Below are positions 27,857 through 36,512 of a stretch of DNA of 64,000 bases, piece by piece. Numbering within the stretch: position 1 is the first letter of the stretch; each line of letters begins with the position of its first letter. The DNA comes from Candidatus Eiseniibacteriota bacterium (GTDB lineage: Bacteria; Eisenbacteria; RBG-16-71-46; SZUA-252): the NCBI GenBank assembly GCA_035716005.1, contig DASTKG010000097.1:4202-68201 (forward strand), written 5' to 3'. The position numbers were made by a program, and so were the translations under genes. The notes under the pieces were generated by a model. That model was given only the letters and a program-made list of their open reading frames with translations. It was not told the DNA's origin and did no database searches.

Positions 27857-29382
27857 AGAAGCGCGCGCGCCGCCGCCGCGGCCCCGCCGCGGCCGACGAG
27901 ACGATCCGCTTCTATCCCAACGATCCCGACGCGGGGGTCGGGCCGATCGACGTGCCGCCCCCCTCGCCCGTCCGCGGCGAGCCGCCCTACGTGATCGAGG
28001 GGCGCCGCTACGCCCCCGCTCCCTACGCGCCCGGAACGTTCGCGTTTCAGCAGTGGCAGGGGGAGGCGTCCCTCGCGCGGACGATCCGCGTCTGGGAGGA
28101 ATTCCTCGACCGCGATTTCGACGCCTGGAGCTCGGGACGCCCGCTTCGAGTCCGGCTCCGCGCCGGCCGCGACCTGAACGCCTTCTACGACCGAAAGAGC
28201 CTCCAGTTCTTCTACGACACCGACCGCGTCACCGGGAGGCCCGTCTACGCCGCCGAGAGCCTCGACATCGTGGCGCACGAGGCGGGGCACGCGATCCTGG
28301 ACGTCTATCAGCCGGGCTACTGGTCGCTCCCCGACGCCGAGACCGCGGCCTTCCACGAAGCCTTCGCCGATTGCTCGGCGATCCTCGTGACGCTCGGCGA
28401 GCCGTCCGTTCGCCTCGCCTTCCTCGAGGAGGCGAGCCGCGCCCTCCGCGCGAGCAACCTCGTCTCGAAGCTGGCCGAGGCGCTCGGCCGCGCGATCTAC
28501 GACAACTACGGCCCCGGATCGCTGGCCGATCCGACGCGGCTTCGCGACGCCAACAATCGATTCCGCTACGCGGCCCCCGAGACGCTCCCGGCGAGCGGCG
28601 CCGACGACGCGCTCTCTTCGGAGCCGCACTCCTTCTCGCGCGTCTTCACGGGCGCCTTCTATCACCTCCTCACCGAGCTCCTGGCGGCGGGGCTACGGGA
28701 ATCGAAGGGACCCGAGACGGTGGACGTGGCGCGCCGCCGCGCGGGGCGGCTCCTGGCGCGCGCGGTGGAGACGTCGCCCCCCGGCGAGGCGCGCGTCGCG
28801 GCCTACGCCGGCCGCATGCTGGAGATCGACGCCGCCGAGACGGGCGGCGCCGCCGCCGCGGCGATCCGGCGCGCCTTCGCGCGGCACGGCGTTCGCCTCC
28901 CTCGCGGCGTGAAGGGGCGCGAGCGCTACGCGGCGCTGCGCGCGCTCGATCCCGATCGCCCGGGCGGCGCGGCGGCCCTGAGGGCCGCTCTCGGCCTCTC
29001 GGGAGGCGAGCGGCTCGAGCATACGGCGTGGAAGGCCCGCGTCGGGGGCGGCGTGCGCGAGCAGCTCGTGCACCGGCATCGCGTGGAGGCGCACCCCTCG
29101 TCGAGCGCGCGGGCCCGGGCGCCCAAGATCAAGATCGTCGTGGAGGTCGTCTGCGGCTGCACGCTGACGCGAAGTCCGCGGGGGGACGTGGAGGGGATGA
29201 CGCTGATCCCGCGGCGCGATCCGACGCCGGCGGAGGTGGCGCGCTGGCTCCGGCCGTGGCTCCGGCGCGGCGCGATCGCGTGGGGCGACGAGGCCGCGAA
29301 GTCCGCGAGCAGCCTCTTCCGCGGACGGAAGGTCTTTCGTGTCGGAGCGGGCGGACTCCTGGAACGCGTCTACGCCGACTGA
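27853..29382 (+). CDS. Gluzincin (M4/M36-like) zinc metallopeptidase-like protein with no signal peptide, 509 aa
   Basis: The ATG overlaps the polX stop (ATGA). LNAFYD, VAHEAGHAILD (HExxH), AFHEAFAD (third ligand) and EPHSFSRVFTGAFY. Confidence 0.7.
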   Translation: MKKRARRRRGPAAADETIRFYPNDPDAGVGPIDVPPPSPVRGEPPYVIEGRRYAPAPYAPGTFAFQQWQGEASLARTIRVWEEFLDRDFDAWSSGRPLRVRLRAGRDLNAFYDRKSLQFFYDTDRVTGRPVYAAESLDIVAHEAGHAILDVYQPGYWSLPDAETAAFHEAFADCSAILVTLGEPSVRLAFLEEASRALRASNLVSKLAEALGRAIYDNYGPGSLADPTRLRDANNRFRYAAPETLPASGADDALSSEPHSFSRVFTGAFYHLLTELLAAGLRESKGPETVDVARRRAGRLLARAVETSPPGEARVAAYAGRMLEIDAAETGGAAAAAIRRAFARHGVRLPRGVKGRERYAALRALDPDRPGGAAALRAALGLSGGERLEHTAWKARVGGGVREQLVHRHRVEAHPSSSARARAPKIKIVVEVVCGCTLTRSPRGDVEGMTLIPRRDPTPAEVARWLRPWLRRGAIAWGDEAAKSASSLFRGRKVFRVGAGGLLERVYAD

Positions 29383-29402
29383 CTTCGTTCGGCGCGTCTC
29401 GG

Positions 29403-30116
29403 CTACGACGCGCTCTCTCCCGGTTTCAATTCCACCACGTCGATGTCCGAACCGGCCCCGAGCTCGGCCCGCAGCGCCTCGGGCGTTCCCGGCAGCCCCG
29501 GAAACGTCGAGTGGTGGATCGGCACGACGGCCTTCACGCCGAGCATCCGCGCCGCCGCGGCCGCTTCCCGCGGCCCCATCGTGTAGACGTCCCCGATCGG
29601 AAGCACCGCGATCGTGGGGCGATAGAGCTCGCCGATCAGCTTCATGTCGCCGAAAATGCCGGTGTCGCCGGCATGATAGACGCGCGTTCCTCCCTCGAAC
29701 TCGAAGACGAAGCCGCACGGCTCGCCGGCGTAGATGACCCGGTCGCCCTCCCGGATGCTGCTCGAATGAATCGCCTGCACCATGGTCGCCTTCGCGCCGG
29801 CCGCCTCGACCGTCCCGCCCTTGTTCATCGGGTGCACCTTGCCGATCCCCTTCGACTCGAGGTGCAGGTAGATCTCGAAATTGCAGACGATCTCGGGGTG
29901 ATGCTTCTCGGCGAGCGGGACGACGCCGCCGAAATGGTCGCCGTGGCCGTGCGTGATGAAGATCGCGTCGAGGCGCTTCAACTCCTTCGCCTCGGGGGGC
30001 GACGCGGGATTTCCCTCGATCCAGGGATCGACGATGAACGCCCGCCCCTTCGAATCGCGATAGAGAACGGTGGCGTGCCCGAGCCAGGTGATGGTGACGC
30101 CCCACGAACGGCTCAT
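29403..30116 (-). CDS. Metal-dependent hydrolase, metallo-beta-lactamase fold (UPF0173-like)
   Basis: ITWLGHA, DPWI, THGHGDH, AIHSS, YHAGDT, LPIGD and PIH. Confidence 0.88.
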   Translation of the reverse strand: MSRSWGVTITWLGHATVLYRDSKGRAFIVDPWIEGNPASPPEAKELKRLDAIFITHGHGDHFGGVVPLAEKHHPEIVCNFEIYLHLESKGIGKVHPMNKGGTVEAAGAKATMVQAIHSSSIREGDRVIYAGEPCGFVFEFEGGTRVYHAGDTGIFGDMKLIGELYRPTIAVLPIGDVYTMGPREAAAAARMLGVKAVVPIHHSTFPGLPGTPEALRAELGAGSDIDVVELKPGESAS

Positions 30117-30144
30117 CGTGTCCTCCTCGAGGCCGTGACCGCGA

Positions 30145-30179
30145 TCGCCTGGCCGCTACCCGGCGGCCGAACGCGAGCC
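30145..30179 (-). promoter_or_regulatory. Bacterial SECIS-like hairpin immediately 3' of an in-frame UGA
   Basis: After the TGA (30182-30180), a GGCCGC/GCGGCC stem closes a CGGGTA loop 17 nt from the UGA, with G at loop position 2. Lower stem TCGC/GCGA. Confidence 0.62.
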
Positions 30180-30674
30180 TCAGCCAGGTTTGATTTCCGG
30201 CAGCTCTTCGGCACGCTCGAGAATGGGCGGAACGTCCCCGAGCGCCAACGCCTGTTCGATCGCCTCGCCGAGCGCCAGGTATTCGCGCTTCACGAAGCCC
30301 TCGATCCGCTCGGCGACGACGCCCGCTCCATCGATGACGAAGAGCGTCGGCACCGTCACGACGCCGAAGTCGGCGGAGGCGCCGTAGGGCGCGCTCTCCC
30401 ACGCGAGCGTTCCCGCCGCGCCGTTCTCCTCGCGGAATGCGCGAGCGCCTCCCTCCTCCTCCTGGGCGACCGAGAGAAAGAGCCGCCCTTCCCGCTCCAG
30501 CGCGCGCGCGAGCGGTCCCGTCCGCGCGAGGACGAGGCGGCTCGCCTCGCAGTCGGACTTGAAGAAGAGGACGATCCCGCCTCCCGGCTCCACGATGTCG
30601 TCGAGTCCGCGAAAGCCGCCCCCGACCAGCGCCACGTGAAACGCGGGAGCCGGAGCGCCGGGAAGGAGGCTCAC
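30156..30674 (-). CDS. Redoxin (AhpC/TSA/TlpA-like) protein, probable selenoprotein with UGA=Sec at residue 165, 172 aa
   Basis: The GTG overlaps the nth stop. PGAPAPAF, LFFKSDCEAS, FGVVTVPTLFVID. It ends EIKPG-TGA-GSRSAAG-TAG and has a SECIS-like hairpin. Confidence 0.7.
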
Positions 30675-31528
30675 TTCTTCTTCGCTTTCTTCGTCGCGGC
30701 CGGTTTCTTCGTCACGGCCGTCTTCTTCACGGCCGTCTTCTTCACGTGCGGCTTCTTCTTCACGGGCGGCTTCTTCGTTCCGCCCTTCCTCGCCGCGCGC
30801 TCCCGCGCCATCGCCTTCGACCCTCGCGCCGGCGGTTCCTTCCCCGCCAGATAATACGGAGCGCTCGGGCAGAGCGCGGCCACGGGGCAACTCCCGCACT
30901 CGGGCTTTCGCGCCTGGCAGACCTGCCGCCCGTGGAAGATGAGGAGGTGGGAGAGGTCGATCCAATCCTCGCGCGGCACGACGCGCATGAGATCCTGCTC
31001 GATCGCCTCCGGATTCTTCCCGTCGCTCAGGCCGAGCCGGTGGGCGAGCCGGTCGACGTGCGTGTCGACGACCACGCCGACGGCGATGCCGTACCCCGCT
31101 CCCAGCACGACATTCGCGGTCTTCCGCGCCACGCCGGGAAGCGTGAGGAGTTCCTCCATCGTCCGCGGCACGCGTCCGCCGAAGGCGTCGACGATGCGCG
31201 CCGACGCCGCGCGGATCGACTTCGCCTTGTTCCGGTAGAAGCCGGTCGACCGGATGATCCCCTCGAGCTCCTCCTGGCTCGCGCGGCTCATGGCCGCGGC
31301 GTCGGCGTAGGCCGCGAAGAGGACCGGCGTGACCATGTTGACGCGCGCGTCGGTGCACTGGGCCGAGAGGATGGTGGCGACGAGGAGCTGGAAGGGGTCC
31401 TGATGTGTGAGGGCGCACGTGGCGTCGGGATAGGCGCGGCGCAACTCGGCGATCAGCGCCGCCACGTGGGCCGGCGAGGCGGAACGGGCGCCCGCGGCGG
31501 GCGCGTCGGCGACGGAATGCTCGATCAC
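30671..31528 (-). CDS. nth: Endonuclease III with a Lys-rich C-terminal tail
   Basis: ILSAQCTD, HhH LPGVARKTANVV, VDTHV and the 4Fe-4S motif CQARKPECGSCPVAALC. Confidence 0.93.
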   Translation of the reverse strand: MIEHSVADAPAAGARSASPAHVAALIAELRRAYPDATCALTHQDPFQLLVATILSAQCTDARVNMVTPVLFAAYADAAAMSRASQEELEGIIRSTGFYRNKAKSIRAASARIVDAFGGRVPRTMEELLTLPGVARKTANVVLGAGYGIAVGVVVDTHVDRLAHRLGLSDGKNPEAIEQDLMRVVPREDWIDLSHLLIFHGRQVCQARKPECGSCPVAALCPSAPYYLAGKEPPARGSKAMARERAARKGGTKKPPVKKKPHVKKTAVKKTAVTKKPAATKKAKKK

Positions 31529-31537
31529 GGACGGCTC

Positions 31538-32209
31538 CTAGTTTCGGCGAGGGTCCTTGGGATAGAGATGCCGCGCGCGGTCGATGACGTCCTGCGTGCG
31601 GCCCGATTCCCGGAGGATTTGGTGGAGGGCGCGGAATCGAAGCTCGAGCCCGTCCATCTCCAGGAGCTGTTGGCGCGTTTGCGGCTCCGTGTCGACGTTC
31701 ATGGCGATCGTGTTCACCACCGCCTCGGGCGTCACGTTCGGTCCGAGGACCTGCTCCAGGTCGAGCACCGTTCCCTGGCGCTGATGCGCCCGGCGGTAGA
31801 GCTCGATCAGCTGCGACGCCATGTCGCCCGCGCCGGGGACGGAGGCCCACGCGAGATCCTCCCCCATGCGCCGGACGCGCGCGATGCGATAGGGCTGCAG
31901 TCGCTCGAACCGCTCGATGAAGACCTTCTCCTCCCCCTGGACCACGATGTTGTAGCGGCCGTCGGGGAGCTTCTGATGCTGGACGACGCGGCCGACGCAG
32001 GCCACCGGGTGGACCTCGGGGCTTCCGTAGTAGTCCTGCTCCCAGCCCGGCTTCAGGAGCGCGATCAGGAGCGTCTGGCCCCCGCCGAGCACATCGGCGA
32101 TCATGGTGCGATAGCGCGGTTCGAAGATGTGGAGCGGCAGCAGCGCCCTTGGAAAGAGGACGACGTTTGGCAGCGGAAAGAGAGGCTGAAGATCGAATTC
32201 GTCCGGCAC
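31538..32209 (-). CDS. LON peptidase substrate-binding (Lon N-terminal) domain protein
   Basis: PLFPLPNVVLFP...LPLHIFEPRYRTM...LPDGRYNIVVQG. No AAA or protease domain. Confidence 0.85.
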   Translation of the reverse strand: MPDEFDLQPLFPLPNVVLFPRALLPLHIFEPRYRTMIADVLGGGQTLLIALLKPGWEQDYYGSPEVHPVACVGRVVQHQKLPDGRYNIVVQGEEKVFIERFERLQPYRIARVRRMGEDLAWASVPGAGDMASQLIELYRRAHQRQGTVLDLEQVLGPNVTPEAVVNTIAMNVDTEPQTRQQLLEMDGLELRFRALHQILRESGRTQDVIDRARHLYPKDPRRN

Positions 32210-33357
32210 GGGGCGATGCTAGCACACCCGAGGCGCTCGCCGCCGCGCTCCGGGAAGCCGCGCTCGCGCTCGGTTTCGACGCGATCGGGTTCGCGGCCGC
32301 CGAGGGCCACCCCCATGCCGCGCACCTCGCCGCGTGGCTCGAGGAGGGACGCCACGGGACGATGCGCTGGATGGCGCGCGACCCCGAACGCCGGGCCGAC
32401 CCGCGGCGCGTCCTTCCGGGCGCCGTCACCGTCGTGTCGGTCATGGCCTCGTACTACCGGGGCGGCTGGCCCGAGGAGGGGCCCGAGGAGGGGCGCTCCC
32501 CCGCCCTCCGCGGAAAGGTGGCGCGCTACGCCTGGGGCCGGGACTACCACGGCCGCCTGAAGCGGCGCCTCCATCGACTCGGGCGCGCGCTCGAAAGACT
32601 CCGCCCCGGCGCCCGCTGGCGCGCGTACGTCGACAGCGGCCCGATCCTCGATCGCGGCTGGGCCGAACGGGCTGGCCTCGGGTGGATCGGGAAGAACGCG
32701 AACGTCATCCGCCAGGGCGCCGGCTCCTGGTTCTTCCTGGGGGAGATCGTCTGCGACGCGCCGCTCCCGCCCGCCGAGCCGGCGCGGAACCGCTGCGGGC
32801 GCTGCTCGCGCTGCATCCCCGCCTGCCCCACCGGGGCGATCGTCGCCCCGTACCAGGTCGACGCCAGGCGCTGCATCTCCTACCTCACGATCGAGCTGGC
32901 CGGGCCGATTCCGCGGGAGCTTCGCCCCCTCATCGGGGTACGAATCTTCGGGTGCGACGATTGCCAGGAAGCGTGTCCCTGGAACCGCTTCGCGACGCCG
33001 ACCTACGACCCCGACTTCGCCGAGCGGCCGAGGCAGCAGACGCCGTGGCTCCTCCCGCTTCTCGCGATCGACGCCGAGGGCTTCGCGGCCCGATACGAAG
33101 GGACGCCGCTCATGCGCGCCGGCCGCGACCGCTTCGTCCGGAACGTGGCGGTCGCGCTCGGAAATCTGGGCGATCCGAGGGCGGTTCCGGCCCTCTCGCG
33201 CGCGCTTCACGACGAAGCGACGGACGTGGGGCGAGGTCACGCGGCCTGGGCGCTCGGCCGAATCGGGGGCGCGGCCGCGCTCCGCGCCCTTCGGAGAGCC
33301 CGCGAGGAGGAGCGGGAGAGCTCGGTCCTTGAGGAGATCGAGGCCGCGCTGGGGTAG
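32149..33357 (+). CDS. queG: Epoxyqueuosine reductase (start codon unclear; homology appears to begin near 32220)
   Basis: VARYAWGRDYH, YVDSGPILDR, GWIGKN, GSWFFLGE, CGRCSRCIPACPT, CISYLTIE and FGCDDCQEACPWN. Confidence 0.9.
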   Translation: MERGRRLAAEREAEDRIRPARGDASTPEALAAALREAALALGFDAIGFAAAEGHPHAAHLAAWLEEGRHGTMRWMARDPERRADPRRVLPGAVTVVSVMASYYRGGWPEEGPEEGRSPALRGKVARYAWGRDYHGRLKRRLHRLGRALERLRPGARWRAYVDSGPILDRGWAERAGLGWIGKNANVIRQGAGSWFFLGEIVCDAPLPPAEPARNRCGRCSRCIPACPTGAIVAPYQVDARRCISYLTIELAGPIPRELRPLIGVRIFGCDDCQEACPWNRFATPTYDPDFAERPRQQTPWLLPLLAIDAEGFAARYEGTPLMRAGRDRFVRNVAVALGNLGDPRAVPALSRALHDEATDVGRGHAAWALGRIGGAAALRALRRAREEERESSVLEEIEAALG

Positions 33358-33427
33358 AATTCTGTCTCGCGGCAGTCGCCGCCGGGCCCATGTTCCGGAG
33401 CCACGCTCTCAAGGGGGAAACCATCGC

Positions 33428-34207
33428 ATGATTCGCCCGTTCCTTCGCGCCGCGCTCGTCCTGTCCGCCTTCCTTCTCGTTCCGTCCGCCCCCGCCGACG
33501 CGGGCATGGTTTCGATGACCGTGAACAAGGAGACCCTCTCGGGCTACCTCGCGCTCCCGAAGGGCGCCGGGACGCACCCCGCGGTGGTGGTGATCCACGA
33601 GTGGTGGGGCCTGAACGACTGGGTGAAGCAGCAGGCCGACAGCCTCGCGGCGCACGGCTACATCGCCTTCGCCGTCGATCTCTACAAGGGGAAGGTGGCG
33701 CGCGACCAGGAGACCGCCCACCAGTACATCAGCGGCCTCGCCGAGGACGAAGCCCTCGCCACGGTCCGCCGCGGAGCCGACTTCCTTCGCAGCCGCGACG
33801 ACGTCCGCGCCCAGGCGATCGGCGTCATCGGCTGGTGCATGGGCGGCAAGTACTCGATCCGCCTCGCCGCGGCCGACCCCGGCATCCGCGCGTGCGTGAT
33901 GTACTACGGGACCCCGATCACCGACGCCGCCACGATCAAGGGGATCCAGGCCGCCGTCCTCGGCAATTTCGGCGGCGACGACAAGGGGCCGACGGCCGAG
34001 CAGGCCCTGGCGTTCGAGAAGGCCCTGAAGGCGGCCGGAAAGAAGGCCGACTTCAAGATCTACCCGGGGGCGGGCCACGCCTTCGCCAACATCAATAATC
34101 CCTGGGGCGGCTATCGGGAGGATGCGGCCAAGGACGCCTGGGCCCGGACCCTCGCCTTCCTGGACCAGTACCTGACGAAGCCCTCGCTCCCCAAGAAGCG
34201 CGGCTAG
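33428..34207 (+). CDS. Secreted dienelactone hydrolase family protein
   Basis: Signal peptide, VIHEWWGLN, nucleophile motif GWCMGG, YPGAGHAF and DAWARTLAF. Confidence 0.88.
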   Translation: MIRPFLRAALVLSAFLLVPSAPADAGMVSMTVNKETLSGYLALPKGAGTHPAVVVIHEWWGLNDWVKQQADSLAAHGYIAFAVDLYKGKVARDQETAHQYISGLAEDEALATVRRGADFLRSRDDVRAQAIGVIGWCMGGKYSIRLAAADPGIRACVMYYGTPITDAATIKGIQAAVLGNFGGDDKGPTAEQALAFEKALKAAGKKADFKIYPGAGHAFANINNPWGGYREDAAKDAWARTLAFLDQYLTKPSLPKKRG

Positions 34208-34255
34208 AGCGGTATCGGCGGGGGTACCAAGGTACCATCGACCGCGGGGCGGCAA

Positions 34256-34278
34256 GTGACGTATTATTAATACGTTAC
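34256..34278. promoter_or_regulatory. 23-bp AT-rich near-perfect palindrome (putative operator) upstream of the radical SAM gene
   Basis: GTGACGTATTA-T-TAATACGTTAC, with 10 of 11 arm positions complementary. It ends 38 bp before the ATG at 34316. Confidence 0.6.
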
Positions 34279-34315
34279 GCTGCCCACCGGGGGCGGCGAA
34301 GGAGCCCCGTTCCGC

Positions 34316-36031
34316 ATGACACCACGCCGCAACGCGTGCGAACTCGAGATCGATCTCTTCTGTAACGGGCTTCGCATCGACCCCTCCTGCCGCCTCGAAG
34401 AGGACGCCCGCACGGTCACGCGCACGCGCGCCGGACTCGGCTCGGGCCTCGAGCTGGTCATCCCGACGCCTCGCAAAGAGATCTGGCTGAACGTCCCCGT
34501 CGAGGAGGATTTCGCGCGCAGCTCGCCCTATCGGCTCGTGCGCGACGCCCGGGAATATCTCCTCTGCGACGAGCGCTCGGGCGAGCGCTACCGGGTTCGC
34601 ATTCCGGAGGAGCCCGCCTGGTACACGCGCCGCACGTCGCGCGGCACCGAGATGGGCAAGGTCGGCGTCCTGCAGGGCACCTACCTCGGCATCTACATCT
34701 CCAACTCCTGCCTCTTCTGGTACTCCAATCCGCCGCAGAATTGCCGCTTCTGCACGACCGGCTCCAACGTCGGCGTGAACGAAGTCGCGCAGAAACATCT
34801 CCAGGACGTGATCGAGGTGGCCCGCGCCGCGAAGGCCGAATCGGGCGTCACCTTCGTCCACTTCAACAGCGGATACCAGTCGGGGCGCGATCTCGCGCTC
34901 GCCGCGCCCTACGTGAAGGCCATCAAGGAGGAGGTGGGGGCCCTCGTCGGCGTCCAGCTCTACCCCACGAGCGACCTGGAGCAGTACGACCGCCTGATCG
35001 AGATCGGCGTCGATCACTTCTCCTTCTGCTACGAGTTCCAGAATCCCGAGTACTTCGCGCGCTACCTCCCCGGCAAGGAGCGAACGGGAGGGCAGGAGCT
35101 CTTCTTCCGCGCGCTCGAATACACGTCTCGGAAGCTCGGGAAGGGCGCGGTGTCGGGCGAGATCATCGCCGGCGTGGAGCCGATCGAGGACACCATGCGC
35201 GCCATCGATTACATCACGTCGGTCGGCGCCTTCCCCACCGTCTGCATCTTCCGCCCCGTGATCGGCGCGGAGATGGAGCGCCACCCCGCGCCGCGCTACG
35301 AGGAGATGCGACGGGTCTTCGCCCATCTCTACGACGCGTGCCGCCGGCACGGCATTCCCATCGGCGCCGCGCCGAACATCGAGGTGAGCCTCATCGTGCA
35401 GCCCGACGACGCGCGCGAACTCGCCGAGCCCGGACTCGCCACCACGCTCTACGACGCGCGGCTCGCCCTGGTGCGAGCGCTGGCGCGTCCCCTCTTCGCC
35501 TGGAAGGCGCGCCGGCGTCGCGTGCCGCAGGGCGCGATCGACGCGCTCCTCGAACGCGCGAAGGTGGCCCCCGGCGCCGCCGGGACGCCCGAGCACGACG
35601 CCTGCGACGCGGCGGGGTCGCCGGCCGCGGGCGCCGCGGGGGCGTCCGCCGCGAGAGAAGCGTCGCTGCACGAGGTCTTCGAGGCGATCCGCTTCGTCGC
35701 GAAGCGCCGCGGCGACACCTTCTCCATCGAGGAGCGCGAAGGCGTCCTGGAAATCGCGCCGCGGGGCGGCGACGACGGCGTCCCGAATCGCTGCCGCTTG
35801 AAACTCTTCCGCCCTCGCGAGAACAGGGACCGCCTCTGCGCCTTCTTCTACAAGCGCTCGAACCTCGGCTGGAGCCGCGATCGCTTTTCGTACGGCGCCA
35901 TCGAGTTCCTCCCGGAGAATCTCACGCGCGACGACGCGGCGGCCTGGCTCGCCTGGCTCCAGGGCGGGTTCGACCCGGAGAAACGCCCCGCGAAGCTGCG
36001 GCGCGCGTTTCTCTATTCCATTCCCGAGTAA
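34316..36031 (+). CDS. Radical SAM protein with a non-canonical CX10CX2C motif fused to a C-terminal domain of unknown function
   Basis: SCLFWYSNPPQNCRFCTTG, HFNSG and SGEIIAGVE. An Ala/Gly-rich linker leads to a domain of about 130 aa ending RRAFLYSIPE. Confidence 0.78.
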   Translation: MTPRRNACELEIDLFCNGLRIDPSCRLEEDARTVTRTRAGLGSGLELVIPTPRKEIWLNVPVEEDFARSSPYRLVRDAREYLLCDERSGERYRVRIPEEPAWYTRRTSRGTEMGKVGVLQGTYLGIYISNSCLFWYSNPPQNCRFCTTGSNVGVNEVAQKHLQDVIEVARAAKAESGVTFVHFNSGYQSGRDLALAAPYVKAIKEEVGALVGVQLYPTSDLEQYDRLIEIGVDHFSFCYEFQNPEYFARYLPGKERTGGQELFFRALEYTSRKLGKGAVSGEIIAGVEPIEDTMRAIDYITSVGAFPTVCIFRPVIGAEMERHPAPRYEEMRRVFAHLYDACRRHGIPIGAAPNIEVSLIVQPDDARELAEPGLATTLYDARLALVRALARPLFAWKARRRRVPQGAIDALLERAKVAPGAAGTPEHDACDAAGSPAAGAAGASAAREASLHEVFEAIRFVAKRRGDTFSIEEREGVLEIAPRGGDDGVPNRCRLKLFRPRENRDRLCAFFYKRSNLGWSRDRFSYGAIEFLPENLTRDDAAAWLAWLQGGFDPEKRPAKLRRAFLYSIPE

Positions 36032-36068
36032 GGCCGGGCCGGGGCGACGTCTCCCCGCCAAGACCCCG

Positions 36069-36097
36069 TTGACCTCGCCATCCCGGTTCCGTAACGT
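36069..36097 (+). promoter_or_regulatory. Sigma70-type promoter giving a nearly leaderless mutT transcript
   Basis: TTGACC-N17-TAACGT, with the ATG at 36108 about 10 nt downstream of the -10 element. Confidence 0.5.
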
Positions 36098-36107
36098 CAT
36101 CCGCCAG

Positions 36108-36512
36108 ATGCGACGATTCGACGTGGCCGCGGGGATCCTCTGGAACGGGAGCGAGGTTCTCATCGCGCGGCGTTACGACCACGATCACCAGGGCGGCCGT
36201 TGGGAATTCCCGGGCGGGAAGCGGAACGCCAACGAGACCATCGAGGACTGCCTCCGCCGCGAGTTCATGGAGGAACTCGGCATCGAGGTGGAAGTCGGGC
36301 GCCTCTGGCGGGCCCTCACGCACCGCTACCCCGATCGAACGGTCACGCTCAATTTCTTCTTCTGCCGCCATCTCTCCGGCGAACCGCGGGCGCTGGAAGT
36401 CTCCGAGTGGAGATGGGTGGCTCCGCGCGTCCTGGCGGAACTCGAATTCGTCGAAGGGGACGGCCCCGTCCTTCCCGACCTGATCGCCGATCTCCTCGCG
36501 GGGCGCACGTGA
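36108..36512 (+). CDS. mutT: NUDIX hydrolase, MutT/NudG-like
   Basis: DVAAGIL...WEFPGGKRNANETIEDCLRREFMEELG (Nudix box). Confidence 0.8.
   Translation: MRRFDVAAGILWNGSEVLIARRYDHDHQGGRWEFPGGKRNANETIEDCLRREFMEELGIEVEVGRLWRALTHRYPDRTVTLNFFFCRHLSGEPRALEVSEWRWVAPRVLAELEFVEGDGPVLPDLIADLLAGRT

Noticed and set aside
33110-36163. 1017-aa minus-strand ORF, and similar giant ORFs (40860-44363 -, 53201-56644 +, 28053-30854 +, 21395-24073 +, 10811-12370 -)
   Set aside because: These are antisense or alternate-frame shadows of well-supported genes. They are Arg/Gly/Pro-rich with no motifs, as expected from stop-codon scarcity at high GC.
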